A DNA stretch of 64,000 nt, taken from NCBI GenBank assembly GCA_002070275.1, contig MWCY01000007.1:3704-67703 (forward strand), written 5' to 3'. Of this stretch, positions 18,135-27,888 are shown piece by piece (position 1 is the first letter of the stretch; every line of letters starts with the position of its first letter). Both the position numbers and the translations under genes were made by a program. The stretch is from Candidatus Hydrogenedentes bacterium ADurb.Bin170. GTDB lineage: Bacteria; Hydrogenedentota; Hydrogenedentia; Hydrogenedentales; CAITNO01. The notes below the pieces were generated by a model. It ran no database searches, was not told where the DNA came from, and saw only the letters and a program-made list of their open reading frames with translations.

Positions 18135-19622
18135 TCAGAAAGAAATAAGGTCTGTCTCCTGCAAGTGGCTCAAATGCGCCCGCAGCTGCAACAAAGCAAA
18201 GGGATGCATGGACTCCGGTGTATCGTCATAAGCTTCGGCAAGAAGAGCGGCTTCACTTCGGGCGCCCTGCTCCCAGGCTGTTTTAATTTTTGTTTCGCGC
18301 ATTATCCGGTGCTCCAGAGTTTTCTGAAAAAAAGCGGGCCCTTCCCCCTCCATGAGCGGGGCGCCATGACCGGGCACAGTTAAAGCAGCCGGGATTTTGC
18401 CCAGACGTTCAAGTCCCGCCATGTAGAGCCCCATATCTCCATGCTTATCCGGATTAATCATAATGGTTCCCGGGTTCGCAATCATGTCACCGCAGAGGAG
18501 CGCTCCGGTTGTTTCTTCGAAATAACAGAGATGGCCTGGATGATGACCGGGGGTATGAAGACATCGAACAGACCAGGGGCGGGAGCCCGGAATTTCAATA
18601 AAGTCTCCCTTCTCCAGTGCTTCTGCGTTTTGAAATGAGCCGAGAGACGCCGGATGTCCGTACACTGTGACGTTGTAGCGTTTCGAAAGAGCTTCTGCTG
18701 CGGCACAATGGTCGGGATGATCGTGGGTCAGCAAAATGCCCGCAGGTGTTCCACCAACGTTTTCGCAGACTTCGTCTATATGCGTAAAAAGACGGGAAAT
18801 CTCAGATGTTTCTGAAGCACCGGGATCAACGATATAAATGGACTCTTCGCCGATGAGCACACAGTTTGTATGGGTAGCGGGCGGCAAGGTGCAGCTCTGC
18901 AGCGGTACCAGATGAATGCCGGGAAATGGCTCAATGTAATCCAGCAGAGTGTTGCTGAAACCAGGTGTGTGACGCAGGCGCTTTAATGCTTCCGGAAGCG
19001 GAAAGGTATGCAGCCTTTGCAAAACAAAAACTACCGGTGTGGAGACGTGCATGCTCTTTCCGTCCCGGCGTTTGAGTGCTTCGGCAGGGGTGATCCATTC
19101 GACGCCGACTATTTCAGCATGCGCTCCCATGGGCGCAGCAAAACAGGGCTTCGAGGTGCTGCAGAAAAAATAAGAAGTATCGAAACGGATAGGTGAAAAA
19201 GAGGGCGTCACCCATCGGCCTGCAGGAGAAAAATTCAGGTAGTCAATAAATATGTTCTTTTTTTCGAGAAAGGCTTCAAAAACGGCGGGCTCGCTGACAG
19301 TTTTCTCACGCAGGCTTTGCAGCGATCCGTTTTCCGCTTCCGTCAAATCGGGAAGCAGTATGCCTGTTTCTTCAAAAAGTTCCCGCACAGCTGTGGTGAG
19401 CAGGCGCGCGCTCCTGAGGTCTGGCGCATTGATAACCCGGCTGCCTGTGTCAGCATCTGATAGGCTCCCCCCCGGAAAGGCGTGATGCCCGCCCATAAAA
19501 GGAAGCGATGGGTTTCGTTTTACGAATAAAACACGTTGACGCTGTTGTTCGTACAGTATGATTACAGCAGCGAGGCGTGGCGACGCTCCTTCTGTACTGG
19601 TGTAGCTAAGCCAATTTGCCAT
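18135..19622 (-). CDS. NUDIX hydrolase fused to an MBL-fold metallo-hydrolase
   Basis: The N-terminal Nudix box reads GGSLSDADTGSRV...AVRELFEETGI. The C-terminal metallo-beta-lactamase motifs are THDHPDHC, a downstream HTPGH, and conserved Asp and His residues. Confidence 0.75.
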   Translation of the reverse strand: MANWLSYTSTEGASPRLAAVIILYEQQRQRVLFVKRNPSLPFMGGHHAFPGGSLSDADTGSRVINAPDLRSARLLTTAVRELFEETGILLPDLTEAENGSLQSLREKTVSEPAVFEAFLEKKNIFIDYLNFSPAGRWVTPSFSPIRFDTSYFFCSTSKPCFAAPMGAHAEIVGVEWITPAEALKRRDGKSMHVSTPVVFVLQRLHTFPLPEALKRLRHTPGFSNTLLDYIEPFPGIHLVPLQSCTLPPATHTNCVLIGEESIYIVDPGASETSEISRLFTHIDEVCENVGGTPAGILLTHDHPDHCAAAEALSKRYNVTVYGHPASLGSFQNAEALEKGDFIEIPGSRPWSVRCLHTPGHHPGHLCYFEETTGALLCGDMIANPGTIMINPDKHGDMGLYMAGLERLGKIPAALTVPGHGAPLMEGEGPAFFQKTLEHRIMRETKIKTAWEQGARSEAALLAEAYDDTPESMHPFALLQLRAHLSHLQETDLISF

Positions 19623-19699
19623 AATAGTGATCCTGAACTTATATATGAAAAAGCTATGCTAGGCAATTCAGCTGTAAAAAGCAAACTTCTCCGGAGAGG

Positions 19700-20533
19700 A
19701 TGCTCGTGAATTCATATCATTTTGACGGAACGGACCGCTATCATCTGGATGCAGAACTAAAGGCAGTGGTAAATATTGCGCTTGCCATGGAAAAACCTCT
19801 TCTGTTGACCGGTGAAGCAGGAACAGGAAAGACGCAGCTGGCGCTGGAAACCGCCAGGGCTCTCGGCCTCCCTGTCGAAATCCTACGCTGCAAATCCACG
19901 ATTAAAGGAGAAGAAGCCTGTTACGTACAGGATACAGTGCTGCGGTTGAATGATGCCCGCTTCGGTTCAGGAGAAAGCGGAAGGCGGGTTGACCAGTTTT
20001 ATGACTATGTGATCTGGGGCCCTATAGGAAGGGCCTTTCGCGCCGACAGAAAAGTAGTGCTTCTGCTGGATGAAATTGACAAAACAGAGTCGGACGTGCA
20101 GGACAATCTGCTGGACATTCTTGAAGAATGCCAGTTCACTATCCGTGAGGTGAACGAAACAGTGAAGGCGCAGATCCGACCGGCAATCTTTATCACATCC
20201 AATGCTAAAAGAGAATTGTCCGATCCTTTTCTCCGCAGATGTTTCTGTCACCATATCGCTTTTCCAGCTCCTGAGGAAATGCGTGCCATTCTTGCGCTGC
20301 ATTATCCCAATACGCATCCCGAGCTGATTGAGACAGCGCTTAAAATATTTTATGAGCTTCGGGATCGGGGTTTTGAAAAACCGCCAGCCACAAGCGAACT
20401 GATTGACTGGATTGGCGCACTTGAGCGGGACGGAAAAATGCCTGATCCTGAATTCCCGCCTCTAACCGGACTTCTTTTAAAACGCAGTGCTGATATTCTG
20501 AAATACCGGCAGCGGAGATTCGGCAGGCATTAG
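19700..20533 (+). CDS. MoxR-like AAA+ ATPase, CoxD-like (AAA_5)
   Basis: Walker A motif LLLTGEAGTGKT and Walker B motif VVLLLDEIDK. About 277 aa, which is typical of CoxD-type ATPases. Confidence 0.7.
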   Translation: MLVNSYHFDGTDRYHLDAELKAVVNIALAMEKPLLLTGEAGTGKTQLALETARALGLPVEILRCKSTIKGEEACYVQDTVLRLNDARFGSGESGRRVDQFYDYVIWGPIGRAFRADRKVVLLLDEIDKTESDVQDNLLDILEECQFTIREVNETVKAQIRPAIFITSNAKRELSDPFLRRCFCHHIAFPAPEEMRAILALHYPNTHPELIETALKIFYELRDRGFEKPPATSELIDWIGALERDGKMPDPEFPPLTGLLLKRSADILKYRQRRFGRH

Positions 20534-20536
20534 TAT

Positions 20537-21772
20537 ATGGCGATGCCCTCAAACAGAGATGATAACAGCAAAGGCTATACAGTGCTCTTTGCACCTTTTC
20601 TGTATCTCCTTCGTGATTACGGGCTGCCGGTTGGGCTGCGTGAACTGCTGGAATTGAATCAGGGGCTGCAAAAAGGGATTGTATCGACGCTGGACGACCT
20701 GTTCATTTTTTCGAGGCTGGTTTTTGTAAAACGGGTTGAATATGCCGATGCCTTTGAACGCGCTTTTGCCTTGTACTTTTATGATATCGATATTCCCGCC
20801 GTACAGGAAGGCGACGATGCGCTATTCAGCACAGAGCAATTCCGGCGGTGGCTGGAAGAAGAAATCCGCACAGGGCGTATGCCGAGGCATGCCTTCTGGC
20901 ATTATGAGCCCGAAGAGTTGATGAAACGGTTCTGGGACACGCTTAAACAGCAGATGGAAGAGCATCACGGCGGAAGCCGATGGATAGGGACAGGAGGCAA
21001 CTCCCCTTTCGGTAACAGCGGGAATGCCTCACGGGGAATACGGGTAATGGGCGCTTCAAAAAATCGTTCTGCCTTGCGTGTGATCGGTGACCGTCGTTAC
21101 GTCGAGTATTCCGATAGGAATCAGCTGCGTGAGGAAAACCTCCGGCAGGCACTGGCATCCATGAAACACATGCAGCATGCGGGACCCTTTACGCGCCTGA
21201 ATTTGGATAAAACCGTTACGATGACTGCCCGGAACGGCGGTGAGATAGATCTTGTTTTTGAGCGGGATCTGCGCGATAAAATCAGTGTGCTTCTGCTGAT
21301 TGACAACGGCGGATATTCCATGCTGCCATATATCGAAATCACCCGTATTCTATTTTCTAAAATGCATGAGCGGTTTGAAGATCTGCAATGCCTCTTTTTC
21401 CACAATACCATTTATGAAAAAGTGTGGACAGATTTTCGCCGTACCAGCCCTTTAGATACGGAACAACTGCTATTGAGGCGACCGGATACGAGACTTGTGA
21501 TTGTGGGAGATGCATCCATGGCGCCGGAAGAGCTGGAAGCGCGCGGCGGTGCTCTCTCCAATTTCAGTGACTTCAGCAGCCCGCCCAGCAGTACCTGGCT
21601 GCACAAGCTATCACGCCGTTTCCCATGGTCCTGCTGGCTTAATCCCATACCCCGGGAATACTGGATGCGGACACACGGTGCCTATACCATTGAAAATATT
21701 GGCAGAATTTTCCCTATGGTGGATATGAGTCTCGGAGGCATCAAAGAAATGGTCAGTCGCCTGTCCGGCTGA
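20537..21772 (+). CDS. VWA-domain protein, CoxE-like
   Basis: 411 aa, starting 4 bp after the CoxD-like gene. It has CoxE-like length and a C-terminal VWA-like region. The CoxD/CoxE pairing is an established gene couple. Confidence 0.55.
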   Translation: MAMPSNRDDNSKGYTVLFAPFLYLLRDYGLPVGLRELLELNQGLQKGIVSTLDDLFIFSRLVFVKRVEYADAFERAFALYFYDIDIPAVQEGDDALFSTEQFRRWLEEEIRTGRMPRHAFWHYEPEELMKRFWDTLKQQMEEHHGGSRWIGTGGNSPFGNSGNASRGIRVMGASKNRSALRVIGDRRYVEYSDRNQLREENLRQALASMKHMQHAGPFTRLNLDKTVTMTARNGGEIDLVFERDLRDKISVLLLIDNGGYSMLPYIEITRILFSKMHERFEDLQCLFFHNTIYEKVWTDFRRTSPLDTEQLLLRRPDTRLVIVGDASMAPEELEARGGALSNFSDFSSPPSSTWLHKLSRRFPWSCWLNPIPREYWMRTHGAYTIENIGRIFPMVDMSLGGIKEMVSRLSG

Positions 21773-22592
21773 CAAAGCGTGAATAAGCACTTCCCCACCC
21801 TTTTGCCAGCAGCACGGCATCATGAAGCCGCCCGGTCAGGAGCCGGACAAACAGCCGGATTAGCAGCCAGAGACCATTGCCGGCAGTAAAGAGCAGGACT
21901 CGTCCGAAAGAGTGCCTGTAAAGCATGAGCATGGCGTAAGTGCTGTTGTGTTCCTGCATGCGTATGGTATCGCCCTGCCGGGTGCCGCTGCCTTTATGGC
22001 GTACCCGTGCATCGGAAAGGTAGCGGAAACGGGCTCCATGCCGCCGCGCATGAATGCAGAGAAGACTGTCCTCAAAATAGTACGGGATATCAGGATCAAA
22101 ACCGCCGATTGCAGAAAAAAGCGATGCCGGCAGTGCAAGATTGCAGGAAGAACCGGCATTGGCGTGCCGGGGACTGCAGGGAAGGCTTTTTCCAAGAAAA
22201 GTGGAGCGCCTCGGTCTGTCCTGATCTTTCCCTGTGTGGTAATCCAGAATTCTTCCTATGAGAACAGTGTTCCCGTCGTCACAGAGCAAAAACGTATCCA
22301 GCCACCTGTCTTCCGGGACGGCGTCCGAATCCAGAAAAATCAACAGAGAGCCCCGAGCCACCTTCGCACCCAGATTGCGTGCAAAGGATGGGCCTTTGTT
22401 GTCTTCCAGTCTGAGCGTCTGCACATGGGGAAATTCCTGCGCCGCCATCTCCCTGACGCCATCGGTAGAGCCGTCATCAACGAGAATAACTTCAGTGTTT
22501 TTTTGCGTCAGCTCAGCAACGGGCAGTGCGCTCAGGCACGCATGCACGTCCTCGCGACGATTATAGACCGCTATGATAATAGAAGCATGCAA
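21753..22592 (-). CDS. family-2 glycosyltransferase
   Basis: Motifs IIIAVYNR, a DDGSTD-like stretch and a DSD motif match the GT2 pattern. Confidence 0.8.
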   Translation of the reverse strand: MHASIIIAVYNRREDVHACLSALPVAELTQKNTEVILVDDGSTDGVREMAAQEFPHVQTLRLEDNKGPSFARNLGAKVARGSLLIFLDSDAVPEDRWLDTFLLCDDGNTVLIGRILDYHTGKDQDRPRRSTFLGKSLPCSPRHANAGSSCNLALPASLFSAIGGFDPDIPYYFEDSLLCIHARRHGARFRYLSDARVRHKGSGTRQGDTIRMQEHNSTYAMLMLYRHSFGRVLLFTAGNGLWLLIRLFVRLLTGRLHDAVLLAKGWGSAYSRFVSRTGD

Positions 22593-22626
22593 AGGGACTG
22601 GTTTTCCTGCTCCCCTTCAATGGGCA

Positions 22627-23247
22627 TCAGTGATGCAGCATTTTCCCCTGTTTCATGGAAAGATAGCCGGCAAGAATATGGCCCAGAATGGAAAAAACAT
22701 CCTCGACCGGACCGTATTCATCCAGAGTGGTATCGGCGTGAATCACAACGTCGCAGAGATTTTTCATGGCACCGCCGGTTAAACCGCAAAAGCCGACTGT
22801 GACGGCTTTTTCCGATTTCGCATACTCAAGAGCGCGCAAAATATTGGGACTGTTGCCGCTGACAGACATGGCAAGTACCAGATCGCCGGGGCGAAGCAGC
22901 ACTTTCAATTGGTGGACAAAAATACTCTCATAACCGCTGTCATTGGCAAGAGCGGTGACAGTTGCCAGATTGTCGGCCAGAGAAACAGCGCGGAAAGCAG
23001 GTTTTCCATCCAGATAGGCACCGGCAATCAAATCATTGACCAGATGCGCACAGGAAGCAGCGCTGCCGCCATTACCCATAACATAAATGGCTTTGCCTGA
23101 CTGACGTGCCTCTTCAAAAGCGGTCACTGCTTTGGCGAAGCTATCCCAGTCAAGTGAGGCAAGAACTTCAGACAAACGGGCGTTATACAATTTTGCATAT
23201 TCCTGAATGGATCCGGCTTTTGCAAAAAGTTCAGCGATTTTGTTCAT
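22627..23247 (-). CDS. gmhA: SIS-domain phosphoheptose isomerase (GmhA/DiaA family)
   Basis: 206 aa with the SIS motifs GNGGSAA and SVSGNS. Its length matches GmhA. Confidence 0.8.
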   Translation of the reverse strand: MNKIAELFAKAGSIQEYAKLYNARLSEVLASLDWDSFAKAVTAFEEARQSGKAIYVMGNGGSAASCAHLVNDLIAGAYLDGKPAFRAVSLADNLATVTALANDSGYESIFVHQLKVLLRPGDLVLAMSVSGNSPNILRALEYAKSEKAVTVGFCGLTGGAMKNLCDVVIHADTTLDEYGPVEDVFSILGHILAGYLSMKQGKMLHH

Positions 23248-23471
23248 GAATAGGTTTCTCCAAAAAAAGGGATGGTGGACAGGTTTATTTGCGCTTGTTG
23301 GGAAAATGTACAGAAAGGAGGTCTATCTGTTGTTTTATTTCCGGATCAATGGGTATTATAAGGCTGTTGCGGCAACAATACAAAATGACGTGAAACCTTT
23401 TCTTCTAAAAGTGCCTGCAGTATCTGACTACCCCTGCTGATTCCTGCTGCACTGAACGCAAAAACAGGACA

Positions 23472-24734
23472 ATGATAATGAATAAAGTGTGTGTGCTGGG
23501 TCTCGGCTATATCGGTCTGCCCACAGCGGCTGTACTGTCGGCCCACGACCTCGAAGTAATCGGAGTCGACCTGAACCCTGATGTCGTAAAAACGATCAAC
23601 CAGGGCGCAATTCATATAGAGGAACCCGGGCTGTCAGGATGGGTTCAGGAAGCGGTGTCCTCAGGAAAGCTGCGTGCCACCGGAAGTCCTGTGCCTGCAG
23701 ACGTTTTTATCATTGCGGTGCCGACTCCTATTACTGCAGAATGCAAAGCGGATATGTCCTGCGTGCGCGCTGCCGCACAGAGCATTATTTCGTGCCTGCG
23801 GCCGGGCAATCTGGTTGTACTCGAGTCCACTTCTCCCCCGGGTACATGCCGTGATTTACTTGCTCCGCTTTTTGAGAGTGCCGGTTTTAGGATTGGCACC
23901 GACCTCTTTCTGGCATATTGCCCTGAACGGGTTCTTCCTGGAAAAATTCTTACGGAGCTTGTAGAGAATGACCGGGTAATCGGCGGAATGGATGAATCCA
24001 GCACAAAAAAAGCCATTGCTCTTTATGACCGCTTCGTGCGAGGAAAGCTCATTGCCACCACGGCAACGACAGCGGAGGTGGTCAAATTAATGGAAAATAC
24101 CTACAGAGACGTAAATATTGCACTGGCAAATGAAACGGCACTTCTTTGTGAGGAATTGGGTGTGGATTATTGGGAAATGGCACGCTGTGCCAATCATCAT
24201 CCGCGGGTACATCTGCACAGCCCCGGTCCCGGTGTAGGCGGGCATTGTATCGCTGTCGATCCCTGGTTTCTTGTGGAGGCCAATCCTGAAGGGACTTCCA
24301 TGATTCAGGAGGCACGGCGAAGAAACGATGATATGCCTCGGAAAGTGGCTGAAAAAGCGCTTGCCATGACCGCTAGCATAGAAAAACCGGTTATAGCTGT
24401 TCTGGGTCTGGCCTATAAAGCGGATGTGGACGATTTGCGGGAAAGCCCTGCTTTAAAAGTGACAGAGTTTCTTCAGCAGGCCAGGGTTGACCTTCGGCTG
24501 TGTGATCCTTTTGTAAAGACAGACCGATACCCTGTGCAAAGTCTGGAGAGCTGCCTTCAAGGAGCGGATATGATCCTTCTTCTGACAGATCACAGCGAAT
24601 TTAAGACTGTTTCGCCGGTGCAGGCCTCCGAATGGATGAGAAACCGGAAAGTGTTTGATACCCGCCGGGCACTGCCTCGGGGCAGCTGGGTTCAGGCAGG
24701 CTTTGAATTCACCTGTCTGGGCGTGGGACTTTAA
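23472..24734 (+). CDS. nucleotide-sugar dehydrogenase, UDP-N-acetyl-D-mannosamine dehydrogenase (WecC/Cap5O)-like
   Basis: N-terminal NAD-binding motif VLGLGYIGLPTA and catalytic motif GGHCIAVDP. Its 420-aa length matches this family. Confidence 0.8.
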   Translation: MIMNKVCVLGLGYIGLPTAAVLSAHDLEVIGVDLNPDVVKTINQGAIHIEEPGLSGWVQEAVSSGKLRATGSPVPADVFIIAVPTPITAECKADMSCVRAAAQSIISCLRPGNLVVLESTSPPGTCRDLLAPLFESAGFRIGTDLFLAYCPERVLPGKILTELVENDRVIGGMDESSTKKAIALYDRFVRGKLIATTATTAEVVKLMENTYRDVNIALANETALLCEELGVDYWEMARCANHHPRVHLHSPGPGVGGHCIAVDPWFLVEANPEGTSMIQEARRRNDDMPRKVAEKALAMTASIEKPVIAVLGLAYKADVDDLRESPALKVTEFLQQARVDLRLCDPFVKTDRYPVQSLESCLQGADMILLLTDHSEFKTVSPVQASEWMRNRKVFDTRRALPRGSWVQAGFEFTCLGVGL

Positions 24735-24833
24735 CATCTGAGATTTGTATTATAAATCCGGTATATGTAATTTTATGGAGACATTGCTTTTGAGAAACTG
24801 GATAACAGTGAAGAAGTAAAGGAGGGCACCTTT

Positions 24834-26000
24834 ATGAAAGCACACAGTACGTGTACTGGCTTTGTTATTTTTTTACTTTTATTGTTGGGCGGCATGTATG
24901 CAGGCGCAGAGTCATCTGCACGCACTTTAAAAAAGAATTCAGACAAAAGCAGTTCGCTTAGCCCCATGTCCGACCGCGAAAAAAACTATATTCGGAGAGC
25001 AGAAGAGATTATGCTTTCCAAATCACAAAAGAATGTTGTCTTTAAAGTGCTTCAGGCCATGGAGGACGGCTGTCTGTGCATCGAAGGGGTCTACGATGAA
25101 GAGGATGAAGAAATCTATTTTACTGGGAGCGTCTTCTTTTGGATCGACGCAACAAGCCGTTATACAGCAGACGATGAGACTTTTCTGAAAGACCTTTACT
25201 GGTGCGGTACTTACAGCTACACAACAGTAAAAGATATGCCAAAAACCGTTCACCGTTACTCTTCCGACCGTGCTTTGGCAGTGAGCCTGGTTCGAATAAA
25301 TTTTGATCTCTTCGATGAGGAAGACGAAGAAGACGCCGACGACGATTCGGAAGAAGATGATTTGGAGATAACCGGGAGTGGAACAGGCTTCTTTGTGACT
25401 GAAAACGGCTATCTGCTTACCTGCAGGCATGTGGTCGAAGATGCCGGTGCCGTTGCAGTATTGTTGCCTGACGAGCAAGTGCATGCCGCAAAGATTATTC
25501 ACACCGATAAGGAAAAGGATCTTGCGCTGCTTAAAGTGGACGGTACCTTCACGCCTGTTACTATAGGGATTCCTGACGAGGTACAGCCGGGGAAAACGGT
25601 ATTTGCTTTGGGGTACCCCAATCCGGAGATTCAAGGGTTTGCTCCGAAGGTCACCATGGGAATTATCAGCGCTCTCACTGGTATGCATGATGACGAAAAC
25701 AACTATCAGATCGATGCTGCTGTCCAGCCGGGCAATTCAGGAGGCCCCTTGTTCTTTACCTCAGGAGAGGTGGTCGGTGTGATCAGCGCCCGGGTGAACG
25801 ATGGTTATTATGCTGAGGCAACAGGATCTATTGCACAAAAGATAAACTACGCCGTAAAAATGGAAGCGGTACTATCTTTTCTGAGAGAGGAACCTGCAGC
25901 CTTCCGCCGCCTGAAAAGGGGCACCTCTTCAGCCTCTTCACAGGAGGAGGCTGTCCGGCAAATTACACGCTCTCTTGCTTTGGTCGTAACTTTAAAATGA
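24834..26000 (+). CDS. secreted trypsin-like (S1/S1C) serine protease with an acidic low-complexity linker
   Basis: Signal peptide present. The catalytic triad is in S1 order (His in LTCRHVV, Asp in DLALL, Ser in GNSGGP). A poly-Asp/Glu tract is present (EEDEEDADDDSEEDD). Confidence 0.75.
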   Translation: MKAHSTCTGFVIFLLLLLGGMYAGAESSARTLKKNSDKSSSLSPMSDREKNYIRRAEEIMLSKSQKNVVFKVLQAMEDGCLCIEGVYDEEDEEIYFTGSVFFWIDATSRYTADDETFLKDLYWCGTYSYTTVKDMPKTVHRYSSDRALAVSLVRINFDLFDEEDEEDADDDSEEDDLEITGSGTGFFVTENGYLLTCRHVVEDAGAVAVLLPDEQVHAAKIIHTDKEKDLALLKVDGTFTPVTIGIPDEVQPGKTVFALGYPNPEIQGFAPKVTMGIISALTGMHDDENNYQIDAAVQPGNSGGPLFFTSGEVVGVISARVNDGYYAEATGSIAQKINYAVKMEAVLSFLREEPAAFRRLKRGTSSASSQEEAVRQITRSLALVVTLK

Positions 26001-26035
26001 CCGTTTCAGTGTGTCCGGAAGCAAGATAACAGCGC

Positions 26036-26311
26036 TCAGCTGTGATCAAAAATCATTTCCTGCACTTCTATGCCCTCAATGCTGTTCAGCTTGTCGCGAA
26101 GTGCTTCACACCGGGCGATGTCACCAAACATTTCGAGCAGCAGAATGCCTCCTGTTGCACAGAATTGCTCATCCACCTCGTGCAGACCGAGGCGCGTTTT
26201 AATAAAACATCCGTACTCTGTCAGCAGCTGCTGCACACGCACGGCATTTTCCCCGCGGTTCTGGACGTGTACACCGTAAATAATGTGTCGATCTTTCATA
26301 AAACCTCCCAT
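26036..26311 (-). CDS. small ACT-like protein resembling the TM1266-type 'iron-only hydrogenase system regulator' family
   Basis: About 90 aa, immediately downstream of hydG, which is the known TM1266-hydG linkage. The sequence has beta-alpha-beta ACT-like character. The family assignment is from memory and was not searched. Confidence 0.5.
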   Translation of the reverse strand: MGGFMKDRHIIYGVHVQNRGENAVRVQQLLTEYGCFIKTRLGLHEVDEQFCATGGILLLEMFGDIARCEALRDKLNSIEGIEVQEMIFDHS

Positions 26312-26367
26312 GACCCTTTGGCGGAAAGTAAACTGGTTAAAGCGACAACTTGCGCTTATCCTGCTTA

Positions 26368-27762
26368 TTATACATAAACATCCCGGTCGCCGGCACGTAC
26401 TTTCCTGACAACGGTGCTCGCCCGTTCTTTTCGAGTGGGCGGTTGTTCTTCTATAATCCGGTCAATAAGTTCATTCCCGACTTCTTGTGTAGCCGGTGAT
26501 GCGAAGTGCTCCAGAAATTCTGCGAAAGTGCTCAGGGCATTGATTTCACAATAATGTTTTATGAGCCCCGGCTTGGCGAGATCCATAAAGTCTTTGCCGG
26601 TTCTGCCCAGACGGTAGCAGCCTGTGCAGAAGGAAGGGATATATCCAAGGTGGGCGATATCTTCTACCACTTCATCCAGTGACCGGTGATCTCCGAGAGA
26701 AAACTGGCTCATATCATAGCTTTCCTCGTGATACCCGCCCGGATTGGTGCGGCTTCCCGCAGAAATCTGCGATACACCTAAAGCCAGCGCTTCCCGCCGC
26801 ATTTCCGGATTTTCACGGGTGGAAAGAATGATCCCGGTATAAGGCACGGTTAAACGAAGAATGGCAATCAGTTTTCTGAAATCCTTGTCGCTCACAGGAA
26901 CAGGAGGGTGTTCTGACAGATCAGAGCCCACAGCCGGTTCAATGCGGGGTACGCTGATGGTATGACAGCCTACGCCAAATCGCTCTTCCAGATGGGTGTT
27001 ATGCTGAAGTAAAGCCAGCAATTCAAAGCGCCAGTCATACAGTCCGAAAAGCACGCCGATTCCGACATCATCAATGCCGGCGAGCATGGCACGATCCATC
27101 GCCGTGATTCTCCAGTCAAAGTCCCGTTTTTTCCCTGAGAGGTGTACTTTGCTGTACGTGTCCCGATGGTAGGTTTCCTGAAAGAGCTGGTAGGTGCCTA
27201 TGCGCCGGTCTTTAAGCCCCTGAAATTCATCAAGAGTAAGAGGTGCCAGGTTGACATTGATGCGGCGCACTTCTCCCCACTCTGATTTCGTGTTATAGAT
27301 AGTATCGATACACTTAAAGGCGTATTCGATACCTTCCCGCGGATAGGACTCCCCGGCAACGAGCAGAATGCGTTTATGCCCCTGATTGATGATGATGCGC
27401 GTTTCTTCCGCTACTTCTTCCTGAGACAGAGCGCGGCGTTTTACGGCTTTATTTTTTGATCGAAACGCGCAGTAGGTGCAGTCATTGGCACAAAGATTGG
27501 ACACATACAGAGGGGCAAATAAAACCAGGCGCCGTCCGTATATTTCCATTTTTGCTTTGCGGGCAGTTTCAAAAAGTTCTTCTTCCAGCTCCTGGGACTG
27601 AATGCGCATCAGAGCGGCAACATCATCCGCATTAAGCCCCTTCAACTCAAGGGCCTTGGCAAGTACTTCCCGAATATGGGCATGATCCTCGCTGGAATGA
27701 TCCAATGCATTTTGAATGGCATCTTCGTCAATTGTTACTGTTCCATACAGTTCATCGCTCAT
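26368..27762 (-). CDS. hydG: [FeFe]-hydrogenase maturase HydG (radical SAM tyrosine lyase, ThiH-like)
   Basis: N-terminal CANDCTYCAF radical-SAM motif. A C-terminal CTGCYR...(22 residues)...HYC second-cluster motif distinguishes HydG from ThiH. Confidence 0.88.
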   Translation of the reverse strand: MSDELYGTVTIDEDAIQNALDHSSEDHAHIREVLAKALELKGLNADDVAALMRIQSQELEEELFETARKAKMEIYGRRLVLFAPLYVSNLCANDCTYCAFRSKNKAVKRRALSQEEVAEETRIIINQGHKRILLVAGESYPREGIEYAFKCIDTIYNTKSEWGEVRRINVNLAPLTLDEFQGLKDRRIGTYQLFQETYHRDTYSKVHLSGKKRDFDWRITAMDRAMLAGIDDVGIGVLFGLYDWRFELLALLQHNTHLEERFGVGCHTISVPRIEPAVGSDLSEHPPVPVSDKDFRKLIAILRLTVPYTGIILSTRENPEMRREALALGVSQISAGSRTNPGGYHEESYDMSQFSLGDHRSLDEVVEDIAHLGYIPSFCTGCYRLGRTGKDFMDLAKPGLIKHYCEINALSTFAEFLEHFASPATQEVGNELIDRIIEEQPPTRKERASTVVRKVRAGDRDVYV

Positions 27763-27888
27763 AAAAAAGTCTCCAGCATACCCCTAAGTTTCTGCATTGT
27801 TGGCAAAAACACAGCTCACGATTCAACTAACATCATTTTAGAAAATAATATGCCTGTTCTTATTCCAAATGCAATTTTTCCGGAAAGA

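Noticed and set aside
21912-22802. 296-aa plus-strand ORF
   Set aside because: It is antisense across the GT2 and gmhA genes, both of which have clear family signatures.
25023-25688. 221-aa minus-strand ORF
   Set aside because: It is antisense inside the S1 protease gene.
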